A stretch of DNA of 64,000 nt from Fibrobacteria bacterium. GTDB taxonomy: Bacteria > Fibrobacterota > Fibrobacteria > UBA11236 > JADFYW01. Positions within the stretch are counted from its first letter, which is position 1; each line of letters begins with the position of its first letter. The notes beneath the pieces are model-generated. The model made no database searches. It saw nothing but the letters and a program-made list of their open reading frames with translations, and was not told the origin of the DNA. The DNA lies in NCBI GenBank assembly GCA_050294405.1, contig JBNKOC010000028.1, positions 224,001-288,000 of the forward strand. The letters are read 5' to 3'. The position numbers were made by a program, and so were the translations under genes. Below, piece after piece: positions 31,312 through 40,641 of the stretch.

Positions 31312-32241
31312 TTATGCACTGGCGTAACTGCCGGCATATTTTTCAATGAGTTTGTCCAGGTAATCTTTACAGGATTTAGTGGCACCCCAGGCATCTGCCC
31401 AGAAACAAAGATCAATAGTTATCCAGTCGTGGGGCAGCTTTTCCTTAAAAAGCACAGGGACTACTTCATCAAAATCAACGAAGCCATTACCAAAAGGCAT
31501 GTGTGTGGATGTTTCGTCTTCACCATTGGCATTTTTGTGGCAAAGGTTGTCGGAATCAATTAGATGTATGTGGTTTATTCTTCCGCTTAATTTGGATATA
31601 AACTCAACCTGGCCACCAGCTAATGTTTCTTTTTCTCCTGGCTGGCGGGAACCGATAACGCTTACCATGTTGCCGTGGCAGGTGTCGTACAAAATTCCAA
31701 AATTTGGAGCGTCAACCGCATCTAACACCCGTAAAATTTGGCTCGGTTTATTAAAAGCAAACCCAGGTTCAAACTCCCAGGTTACGATTAACCCGTGGTC
31801 GGCCGCAATTTTAACACATTGATTCCATGTTTCTGTGACTCTTTTAAAAGCAGTTTCTTCATCAACTTCAGAAAAGATTGTAGGTGGCTGAACTGTATCT
31901 ACTCGAATGGTTTTAATACCTAAATCCACGCAAAATTTGCAGTTTTTAGTGAATTCACTGATGTATTTGCTTTGGTCATCGGTATTGATAAGTTTTTCGC
32001 CCCAGAGGTTGGCAGCCAGGCCACTGAAACCCAAACCGTAATCTTTCATTTTTCCTACAATTTCATCGCGCTGAGATTTTTCGGGAAGATCGTCGGGATT
32101 AGGATGTGGAGGAAAGCCTCCCAACTCTACGCCGTCAAATTGGTATTCCACCAGTTTTTTGCATACAGTGTCAAAATCAATGGGTTTACTTTCATAGGGA
32201 CCGATGGTGTAGGCCCAGGAGCCGATAGATGTTTTTTTCAT
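31312..32241 (-). CDS. Sugar phosphate isomerase/epimerase (xylose isomerase-like TIM barrel)
   Basis: FDGVEL, WEFEP, YDTCH, HIHLID, HMPFGNG. Confidence 0.85.
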   Translation of the reverse strand: MKKTSIGSWAYTIGPYESKPIDFDTVCKKLVEYQFDGVELGGFPPHPNPDDLPEKSQRDEIVGKMKDYGLGFSGLAANLWGEKLINTDDQSKYISEFTKNCKFCVDLGIKTIRVDTVQPPTIFSEVDEETAFKRVTETWNQCVKIAADHGLIVTWEFEPGFAFNKPSQILRVLDAVDAPNFGILYDTCHGNMVSVIGSRQPGEKETLAGGQVEFISKLSGRINHIHLIDSDNLCHKNANGEDETSTHMPFGNGFVDFDEVVPVLFKEKLPHDWITIDLCFWADAWGATKSCKDYLDKLIEKYAGSYASA

Positions 32242-32472
32242 AGAGTTTCCTCAGGAATTAAGGGTTGGTAGGTACCCATAGGGTTTCAATAATATAGGCT
32301 CGGCGAATTTTGAATGATTGTACTTATTGTGTTTTTTTTTGTAGAAATTGAGCTTGGAATTTTTTTTAAAAAAACTGGAACAAAAACAGGCAAGCTGATA
32401 GTATTTTTAATTTTAATGTAAAACATTTCATTTTTTGCGAAAAATTAAGGTTTTTTTTAATAGAAGCTTTTT

Positions 32473-33225
32473 ATGGATTATCAGGATTTTAAAAACTCGT
32501 TCTTGCAAAAGTTGGATAATTTGGGAGGAATCCAGGAATTGTTCGAGAATGTTCCCGATATATATTTCTGGATAAAAGATAACCACGGGCGCTTTGTTAT
32601 GGCCAATCAAGCTGTGATTGAATTGTGTGGTTGTACCAGAGAAAGCGAGTTTGTTGGTAAAACGGATTTTGACATATTTCCTAAAGAAGTGGCTGATCAT
32701 TTTTTACAGGACGATGAAAAAGTTAAAAATGAAAAACACAAGATTATAAATCGCGTTGAACTGATTCCCCAGGAAACAGGAGGAATGGATTGGTACACCA
32801 CTAACAAGGTGCCGGTCTTTGGCAAAAATGGAGAGGTCATCGGGGTGGCTGGCATATCCCGAAGCATGCAGAAAGAAAATAGCGTGTTAAGGCCTTACAT
32901 GGAAATGAGCAATATTATCGATTACATAACCTCCAATTATCAGGAACAAATTGACATTAAAGAACTGGCTAAGATGGCGGCTTTGTCTGTGAGTCAATTT
33001 GAACGTAAATTCAAAAAAATATATCAACTTTCCCCCCTCAAGTTTATAATAAGGGTTCGGGTAAAAGCTGCCTGCAAAGATTTAGTTACTACCCAGGAGC
33101 CCATATCCAATATTGCTCTTAAAAATGGCTTTTACGACCAGAGTTATTTTAGCCGCCAGATTACCGAACACATGGGCATGTCGCCCAGGGAATACCGCAA
33201 AAAATTTTATAGAGGCGGCGGATAG
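32473..33225 (+). CDS. PAS-domain AraC family regulator
   Basis: FWIKD..GRFV..N..VGKTDFD PAS domain; SQFERKFK..GFYDQSYF..GMSPREYR HTH. Divergent from the sugar cluster. Confidence 0.92.
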   Translation: MDYQDFKNSFLQKLDNLGGIQELFENVPDIYFWIKDNHGRFVMANQAVIELCGCTRESEFVGKTDFDIFPKEVADHFLQDDEKVKNEKHKIINRVELIPQETGGMDWYTTNKVPVFGKNGEVIGVAGISRSMQKENSVLRPYMEMSNIIDYITSNYQEQIDIKELAKMAALSVSQFERKFKKIYQLSPLKFIIRVRVKAACKDLVTTQEPISNIALKNGFYDQSYFSRQITEHMGMSPREYRKKFYRGGG

Positions 33226-33229
33226 GGGT

Positions 33230-33424
33230 TTATTTATTCCCTTTGTAAACCCAATAGGTAACCATACCGGCTCCGCATAAAATGACCAAGGCTACGCTTA
33301 TGGCTAATAGTGGGGTCCAGCTTTTTGATTCGAAATGGGCGTGAGCGGCTGCATATCGGGCATTTGCGAACAAATTAAAACTGGATGCCATTAGGAATAG
33401 GATTGTGTTTTTAAGCATAATCAT
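33230..33424 (-). CDS. Small exported/membrane protein
   Basis: GAGGAG RBS, signal-like N-terminus, C-terminal TM helix. Confidence 0.55.
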   Translation of the reverse strand: MIMLKNTILFLMASSFNLFANARYAAAHAHFESKSWTPLLAISVALVILCGAGMVTYWVYKGNK

Positions 33425-33554
33425 CTCCTCAGAAAATTAATCTATGAGCTGCTATATATTTATTATCGAATTCAAATGGGGAGTACTCGAGTACTTTTTT
33501 AAAAAAAATACTCGAATAATTTAAAAAACTCAAAAAACCAAACAAAAATGATGT

Positions 33555-34715
33555 TTATGAGGTTTTTTGCCGGTGCTGATAGAGGAAAATTCCAGAAAGA
33601 ATTTTTGGTGAAAAGAAAGTGCTCTTTTCCGGCATTACAATATCCGAATTTTCAAGGCCAGCATTGGCCACATCCATCAACTCATCAATGGAAACCGGGT
33701 GCAGGGCAACGGCAATATCATAAACTCCAGAGTCTACCTTTTCCTTCATAGCATCCAATTCTGCCTCGGAGTAGTAATCGAAATAATCATGGTTTAAAAT
33801 CATATCGTGATTGATCTCAAGGTGCGGGTACAGCTCTTTTTCTAAAATACTGCAATCCAGTTTTCCAACAACATCGGAGGGAATGTTTTTTGCCTTTAGT
33901 AAGTAACTGCCGGATTTATGATAGATGCAAAATTCATGTTTGTTAGGCGTGTGAAAATTGGCAACGGGTTCAAGTTCCAGTTTTGATTTAATATCTTCGA
34001 ACTTAACCTTTCCATTAATTACCCGATTATAGGCTTGAATATGAGCTTTTTCAACAATGTATGCAATAGTATGCGTTTGATTATTTAATAGGGCCGCATG
34101 GTATCTGTGGTGTCCATCAGCAATGTATAGAGGATTTTGGGCAATTAATCCGGCTAATTTTTGTCCATGTTTGTGACTGGCCTCAATTTTCCATATTTTA
34201 TTTTCGATTCCATGTAAATCGGAATAACCTCCAAAGTCGGATTGAAACTGGTATTCGGGCTGCATTTCCTTTTTTATCTCCTCAAAGAGCGCGGAGATGG
34301 GTGATTTTGTCAATAAAAATATGGGGCCTAATGTGTAGCCAGTGGCTTGGGCTAGGGCGATTCTGCCTTTCACTTTATCGTCAAAAGTTTTTTCATGGCG
34401 AATAACATTTTTATTTTCGTAAGAATCCACTTTAACCGCAGCGAATACTCCGGTGCGGCTGCCGCCACTATATTTTTGCTCATATAAGTAATAGGCGGGC
34501 TCAGAATCAGAAATCAAAATTTTGCCCCGAATAAATTTTTCAAGAGTTTCTTTAGGCTTAGGGCCCAAAGTAACATGAAACAAGGAATTTGGATTTTGGG
34601 ATAAATTAGCTTCCAGCCCGCTTCCTGGTTTAATAACATCGTATGGAGGGGCGGTTAGCTGGTTTGCAAATTCTACGGAAGGCCTGAGGCCGCTTAGTCC
34701 AATAATTTCTGCCAT
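33555..34715 (-). CDS. DUF1015 family protein
   Basis: PPYDVI, RHEKT, YIADGHHR, MPEKSTFF.PK. Confidence 0.88.
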   Translation of the reverse strand: MAEIIGLSGLRPSVEFANQLTAPPYDVIKPGSGLEANLSQNPNSLFHVTLGPKPKETLEKFIRGKILISDSEPAYYLYEQKYSGGSRTGVFAAVKVDSYENKNVIRHEKTFDDKVKGRIALAQATGYTLGPIFLLTKSPISALFEEIKKEMQPEYQFQSDFGGYSDLHGIENKIWKIEASHKHGQKLAGLIAQNPLYIADGHHRYHAALLNNQTHTIAYIVEKAHIQAYNRVINGKVKFEDIKSKLELEPVANFHTPNKHEFCIYHKSGSYLLKAKNIPSDVVGKLDCSILEKELYPHLEINHDMILNHDYFDYYSEAELDAMKEKVDSGVYDIAVALHPVSIDELMDVANAGLENSDIVMPEKSTFFSPKILSGIFLYQHRQKTS

Positions 34716-34798
34716 GTTGATTTCCTGTTTTCAATAATAAAGAACAGGAAGTATAGTAATTTTACGGAACCGATAAAAATCACCCTCAAGGCTTAAGT

Positions 34799-37700
34799 TT
34801 ATTGGCCTTCAACTTCGTTTTGTTTTTTGTAAAAATCCATTTCACCGTCCAGGACTTTAATCTTTTGGTCTATTTCGCTGAGTTTATCCTTTAAGAAATT
34901 GAGTTTGTTCAGCTCAGAACGTAGCTGCCTGCTGGCGGTTTTTTCCCTTTCTGTGTATTTCTTTAAAGCTTCTTTTGCTTTTTGCGAGCTGGGATATTCG
35001 GTTTTTAAGCTTTCCAAATCCCGTCTTTTAAAATCTAATACAAAAGGTTTGGCGATTTGCACTTCTTTTTGCTGTGAGTTGGAAGAAGCCAATTGGGATT
35101 TGGCATCAATTGCTATTTCCAGAGAAAATACCACCCCATGTCCTTTTTCTCCTTTTATGGCTTGGATAGCTATTAGGTTCTTTCCTTGCAAAATTAAATC
35201 GCTAACATCAATAGATTTTACTGTCTGCCGGTTGGAGTTTGAAAAAGGAATTTGCGAACTCAATATTTTTTTGCCGTTTAGAAACAACACAAATTGGTCT
35301 TCAATGGCCACATCAATAACTGCTTGGTTTACTTTTCCAGTCACATCAAAAATTTTCCTTAAATAGCTTGTGTCAGCATCATTAACATCCCAGATGGGAT
35401 TTGGAATTTTCCCTGGAAACTGAATAGGTCGGGAAAGTTTGGTGGATTTAACAGGCCCAAATACATCTTGTGTGACGCTATCCTCGGCGATGGTGTTCCA
35501 GCCTTCTAGGGCTACGGATTGTCCCCACCACAAGCCATCGCTTTTTATGCTAAGAATTTGTATCCCTTCGGGCTGTTTGTAATTCTGTGGGTCTAATCGT
35601 TGTAGCGTGGTTAAAATATAACGACTCCAGCTATCCGTTAAATTGTCTTTCTTACTGCGCTCCAAAGACTTTTGTAAATGTTTAATGGCTTTGTCTTGCA
35701 GCTCAAAAGCAATATCCTCAAACTGAAATTGCAGTTCTTCTCTTTCATCCGCACTAAGGCTGCTATCCAAAGGCGTGTTGAGCATTTCTTCGGCCAGAGA
35801 AGCATAGCGTCCGCCTAACAGATAGTTCTCTTTGGCATACAGAGATTTAATGGAAGAAGGCGCCTTGGGTTTTTGGCTGGTTAAAGCCTGGCTGTAAGAA
35901 CGCTCTAAGGCGTTAACACTGGTTTCAAAATCCGATTGAGTTGTTTCAAGTAATTTGGACTTATATATATACAAGGATAAGACCTGATTGGATACATTTT
36001 TTGGGATTTCGCTATTAAGGATATTATACGCAGAGTTTAACCCCCATTCTATGGTTAAGCTGTTGGCATTTTCTAAAAGGACAGAGGCTGAGTCCATCAT
36101 TTGCTGTGTTTTTTCTGCGAGTTTGGATTTATCCTTTTCGCTGGTAAAATCCCGGCATTTTTCCAAAAAGGGGATGGAGCCGCTTAAAAACTTTAGGGAG
36201 GCAGCTGTTATTTTTTTGTCCTCAATTAATTTTTTCGAAGGCTCATTTTCAAATAAACGAGGTTTATTCTGCCAAGCCAAAGCCAGATTGTAATACATGG
36301 ATCCCACAGAAAAACTGGCCTGGAGACTGGCTTCATTGCCCAATTTCATAACATCCTGATAGGCGTCAATAGCCTCCTTCAGCAGCTCCAGTTTTTTAGC
36401 TTCTGCGGATTCCAATTTTTTCTTGGGCAATTCAAAAGGGATTTGCTCTAATTGGAGCTGGATTAAATAAGCTAATTGAAATTGAGCGATGGACGATTGG
36501 TACGCGGCCACCCCTGGTGGAAGAGATGTAATAGCCTTTGCCCTGGATATGGTTCCTTCGAAATTTTCGCGGGCTAGATCGATCATGTTAAGCTTTACAT
36601 AACATTCACCAATGTAATTCCTGGCTTCCAATTCCAACTCCCCTCCTAAATACATGGTGTGGAATCTGCGGAAAATGTTAATGGCTTTTCCGTATTGTTC
36701 GGCCTTCATGTAAAACTTACCCGTTGAAAACAAAAGGTCGGGCGCGTCTTTTTCGCTGGGAAACAATTCGGCAAAGCGCTCATTTGTCTGTGCGACCTTT
36801 TCAAAATCGCCCAATTTTTCATAGCACAGGGCAATGTTAAACAGGGAGTTTTTCAGATGGGGAGATTGGCTGTAATTGGAAATGAGTCGTTCATATGTGC
36901 TAATGGCCAACTCATAATTCTTTATTTTTTCATAGTCGGTGGCTGCATTAAAAAGGGCGCCATCTGCATACTTGGAAGCGGGAAAGAGGTCTGATAGTTG
37001 TATATAGGCTTGGGCGGCCATTTCAAGCTTGGCTGCTTTTTCAAAGGCTTCGGCCCCGGCAAATTGAGATACATCAGCGAAGGAATATTTAGAGTACTTT
37101 TTTGCTGTGTTTAAATATTCATTACCCGCCTCTAAAAACTTGTTTGATTTTTCGAGTTTTTCAGCACGTCGATATCCCGCTTCCACTTGGCCTCGCTGGC
37201 CCATTTCTGCATATTCCGGATTGACCGCGGTTTCTGCTAGCTCGGTATACCATATTTCAGCTTCATCGAAATCTTCAATGGCCATATAACTTTGAGATAA
37301 TAACTTTAAGACTTCCTGGTAATTTTTGGGGCGTTCTTCCTCGGCCAGGATGTTTTTGAACAAGGGAATAGCAATGGCAAACTTTGTCCGGTTGTAATAA
37401 ATGGTGGCCTCTAACAAAAGAATTTCCGGCATTTCCGGTTCATTGGGATAATATTGAAAGAATTTTTGGACCGCTAAAAGAATATCCTTTTCCAAAGCCG
37501 AAAAGCTGGTGTCCCGTATGGATTTGTTAATAGTACTATCCTCTTCCAATCCGGGCTGTCCGTTTAACCATTGCCGCTGGGCTACAGAAATGGCGCTAAG
37601 CAGAGCTTTTTTACGATAATCTTCGAAGGGATATTTGGTAGCAACCTGCATGTAATTAAAAAAGGCGCTGTTGGGGTTATTGATGTGTTTATCCAAAATA

Positions 37701-39070
37701 AGGCTTAAATTCCATTGCACTTCATAGGCCTCGCGAGTGCCAGGATATTCCTCCAATAAGCGGTTATAGCTTTTGGCTACTTTTATGTATAACTTCCTAT
37801 CCTTTGATTCGTGGGCCTCGGCTAAAGTTTTTTCTGAAGACTTGATTAAAATTTTAACCGCTTGAGAATCCACAAAACTGCGCACATCCTGACTCAGGTT
37901 TTTGCGGTACCATTCACTCCCCTTGCTGTAAGTATCGAAAAATTCCATTAACATCTCATCACTTCGGCCCTGTTTGCCAAGTTGCGTATAGGCTTTGATT
38001 AGAGCGAGTTTAGCTTCGGGGGCTTTTTCGGACATGGGGTATTTTTCCAGAACTAACATCAAAGGCTCGGTAGCTTTGGTGTAATCGGATTGTTGCGTAT
38101 ATATTTCGCTCAGCTTGATTAAAACTTTTGAGGTATAGTTTTCATCTCCAATAATTTTTAAAAAATCGTGGGCTTGGTGCAAAGTTCCGCTTTCATCAAG
38201 GCTAATGGCTAAAAATTCCACTGCATCATCTCTCAATAAGGGATTGTCCACCAATTGGGAGCCTTCTCCACTGGCAAAATTAAGATTGCTTTTTTCTATG
38301 AGGGTTTGAAAAGTGTTGATAGCCTCTCTAAATCTATCTTGTTGAAAATAACACCAACCCAGCTTGTACATGGCTTCCGGAAAATCAGGGTTTTCCACAT
38401 GCAAAATGGCTTTGCTGTAGGCTGCTTCAGCCAGGTTATACCCTTTGCCGTTATCAAAGAAAGGGCGGTTAAAATAATAATCTCCAACTTTAATAAGACT
38501 CTTAACATAAAACTCTGATTTGGGGAACTTATCCGTGAGTTTTGTTAAGAGTTGGACAGCTCCATCCTCATCCTTGCTTTGGATTAGGCATAATGCTTTA
38601 TAAAAAAGGGCAATGTCGTGATTGGACAAATACAACTGGTTGCCCAAAATTTCGTCATACACTTTAATAGTTCGTTCAAAATTTAGGCTGGGAAATGGGA
38701 TGTTTATAGTTTCCCCGAGAGCTTCCGCGGCTTCCAGCTTCATTTCCCGTTCGTCTAATAATTTATCAAACTCATGAATCTCATCTTCATAAGTTAGCTC
38801 CGCTAAACGCAAGAGGATATCGGAATTGTATTGAGAAAGGGGAAAAATATTTTTGAGGATTTCAATATCTTTGATTAATTGGCGGCGTTCTTTAATGATT
38901 TGCCGTTCAAAAAACTTCATGTTTTGTTTTTCCGATTCAATTTTTTTCTTGTAAAAAATTGTGGAGTCTTGTCGCAGCTTCTCTTCAGGAACCTGGGAAA
39001 ATGCCCTATGTTGAAAGACCCCAACCAGGGTTAGGCATAGCAACAAAATAAAGGAGCGTGCGTTCATCAT
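34799..39070 (-). CDS. Large exported TPR protein with C-terminal galactose-binding-like jelly-roll and coiled coil
   Basis: Signal peptide; many YfiO-type TPRs (..FP.S..); YLRKIF..FLNGKKI..LQGKNLIAIQA. Confidence 0.75.
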   Translation of the reverse strand: MMNARSFILLLCLTLVGVFQHRAFSQVPEEKLRQDSTIFYKKKIESEKQNMKFFERQIIKERRQLIKDIEILKNIFPLSQYNSDILLRLAELTYEDEIHEFDKLLDEREMKLEAAEALGETINIPFPSLNFERTIKVYDEILGNQLYLSNHDIALFYKALCLIQSKDEDGAVQLLTKLTDKFPKSEFYVKSLIKVGDYYFNRPFFDNGKGYNLAEAAYSKAILHVENPDFPEAMYKLGWCYFQQDRFREAINTFQTLIEKSNLNFASGEGSQLVDNPLLRDDAVEFLAISLDESGTLHQAHDFLKIIGDENYTSKVLIKLSEIYTQQSDYTKATEPLMLVLEKYPMSEKAPEAKLALIKAYTQLGKQGRSDEMLMEFFDTYSKGSEWYRKNLSQDVRSFVDSQAVKILIKSSEKTLAEAHESKDRKLYIKVAKSYNRLLEEYPGTREAYEVQWNLSLILDKHINNPNSAFFNYMQVATKYPFEDYRKKALLSAISVAQRQWLNGQPGLEEDSTINKSIRDTSFSALEKDILLAVQKFFQYYPNEPEMPEILLLEATIYYNRTKFAIAIPLFKNILAEEERPKNYQEVLKLLSQSYMAIEDFDEAEIWYTELAETAVNPEYAEMGQRGQVEAGYRRAEKLEKSNKFLEAGNEYLNTAKKYSKYSFADVSQFAGAEAFEKAAKLEMAAQAYIQLSDLFPASKYADGALFNAATDYEKIKNYELAISTYERLISNYSQSPHLKNSLFNIALCYEKLGDFEKVAQTNERFAELFPSEKDAPDLLFSTGKFYMKAEQYGKAINIFRRFHTMYLGGELELEARNYIGECYVKLNMIDLARENFEGTISRAKAITSLPPGVAAYQSSIAQFQLAYLIQLQLEQIPFELPKKKLESAEAKKLELLKEAIDAYQDVMKLGNEASLQASFSVGSMYYNLALAWQNKPRLFENEPSKKLIEDKKITAASLKFLSGSIPFLEKCRDFTSEKDKSKLAEKTQQMMDSASVLLENANSLTIEWGLNSAYNILNSEIPKNVSNQVLSLYIYKSKLLETTQSDFETSVNALERSYSQALTSQKPKAPSSIKSLYAKENYLLGGRYASLAEEMLNTPLDSSLSADEREELQFQFEDIAFELQDKAIKHLQKSLERSKKDNLTDSWSRYILTTLQRLDPQNYKQPEGIQILSIKSDGLWWGQSVALEGWNTIAEDSVTQDVFGPVKSTKLSRPIQFPGKIPNPIWDVNDADTSYLRKIFDVTGKVNQAVIDVAIEDQFVLFLNGKKILSSQIPFSNSNRQTVKSIDVSDLILQGKNLIAIQAIKGEKGHGVVFSLEIAIDAKSQLASSNSQQKEVQIAKPFVLDFKRRDLESLKTEYPSSQKAKEALKKYTEREKTASRQLRSELNKLNFLKDKLSEIDQKIKVLDGEMDFYKKQNEVEGQ

Positions 39071-40641
39071 TGGGCTGCAGGCTCCTGTTGCAGTTTAGAA
39101 AGCGCATTTACGTATTCCCGATACCTTTTTGCGGATTCCTGATAATTACGCTTTAAGTTTTGGTACATAATAAGGCCAACATCAATAAATTTTGGTTGCA
39201 CCAAGGAAAGCTTTTTGTTTTTGTAAGAAAGCAAATCGATTAAATCATATATTTCATTGACTAAAAACTCCACTTTGGTTTTTTCACTTTCCATGTTATC
39301 CAATTTTGAATGTAAAGAATCCATAATGGAAGCCGGACTTTCATAGGGCAGGTTTACTACAGATTCTTTAAAACCTTCTATTTGAGAGTTTAATTGCTCC
39401 AGTTCCTGGCTATAATAATCGAAGAGTTTTTTTTCTTTTAACCCCACAACCTGAATCCCCTCTTTAACCAAGGCGAATTCTTTTAAAGATTTTTGAACAT
39501 TGTCCAATTTTTGATTTAGGCTTTTAGTTTTCCCTCGGAAACGAGCCTGAATATCTGGAATATCTTTGTATTCATTTTCATATTTGGAAAAACTGTATAT
39601 TTTCTTATCCAATTCAGCTAAAAGCGTTTTTTCCTCTTCAATTACAATTAACATTCGGGTAAACTGGGTGTTTTGCGAAAGTTGATTTCGAATGATGTTG
39701 GCATTTAAACTGTCTTTTTGTTTCCAATAGCTGTCCATTAAAACCAATGAGGCCTCGAAATAATAGGCTTCTTCTTTTAACACGGGCTTGGCCAACTTTT
39801 GCACCATTTCAAAGTTCTTCTCTTCGTAATGTATTTGAGCTGCTTTAAGGCTTGCTAATGGAAACAGTTTGGACTTTTCGTTAATTTGACTGTAAACATC
39901 CAAGGCCCTTTGTGTGTCCGATTTGCCTACCCAGATGGAGCCCTCAAGAAGTCTTGCTTCATCTATTAAATCCTGGTTTTTGGCTTGTTCATAAATTTTG
40001 GATAGTAAAAACAGGGCTTTGTCCCATTGCTTTGTTTGGTAGTAAGCATAGGCCCTCAAGAAAATACTGGACAAATAATATTCCGACTGTACACTGGTTT
40101 TTTCCAATATTCCAAGGGCTGCTTGGTATTTTCCTTGGTTTATCAGGGATTTCCCATATAAATATCCCGAAGCAAAACTGAGCACATGGCGGGGATATGA
40201 TTTTTCAATGAGTTTAAAATTGACTTCGACCAATGAATCATTTTTTTCCCTATCGCTAATTTGGGCTTTGCGGAAAATGGAATAAGGACGCCATTTCGAA
40301 TTTGGAAAATAATCTATTAATTCGCTGTATTGTTCCAGGGCGAGTTGAGGTAGTTCAAGCTTTCGATAACATTCTCCCAGCATAAATATATAACTGTCGA
40401 GCCTACCATCCGGTAGCTGCAATTCCTTTAATCTGCGCAAATCCACAACAGCATTGCGATACGCATCGGCTTTATAATTTTTAGAAATATTTTCCGGTAT
40501 GTGAGGTCCTAAAATTTCGGATACAATGATGGGCTCGAAATAATTTTCAATGGCGTTGCTGAAAATCACATCTCCAGAGTTAAACTTTTCACCATAGGCA
40601 TAAAAAGCCAGCATAAATAGAATAAATATTCTTATTATCAT
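39067..40641 (-). CDS. Exported TPR / coiled-coil protein
   Basis: Signal peptide, TPR helices, C-terminal coiled coil; ATGA overlaps at both ends. Confidence 0.7.
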   Translation of the reverse strand: MIIRIFILFMLAFYAYGEKFNSGDVIFSNAIENYFEPIIVSEILGPHIPENISKNYKADAYRNAVVDLRRLKELQLPDGRLDSYIFMLGECYRKLELPQLALEQYSELIDYFPNSKWRPYSIFRKAQISDREKNDSLVEVNFKLIEKSYPRHVLSFASGYLYGKSLINQGKYQAALGILEKTSVQSEYYLSSIFLRAYAYYQTKQWDKALFLLSKIYEQAKNQDLIDEARLLEGSIWVGKSDTQRALDVYSQINEKSKLFPLASLKAAQIHYEEKNFEMVQKLAKPVLKEEAYYFEASLVLMDSYWKQKDSLNANIIRNQLSQNTQFTRMLIVIEEEKTLLAELDKKIYSFSKYENEYKDIPDIQARFRGKTKSLNQKLDNVQKSLKEFALVKEGIQVVGLKEKKLFDYYSQELEQLNSQIEGFKESVVNLPYESPASIMDSLHSKLDNMESEKTKVEFLVNEIYDLIDLLSYKNKKLSLVQPKFIDVGLIMYQNLKRNYQESAKRYREYVNALSKLQQEPAAQ

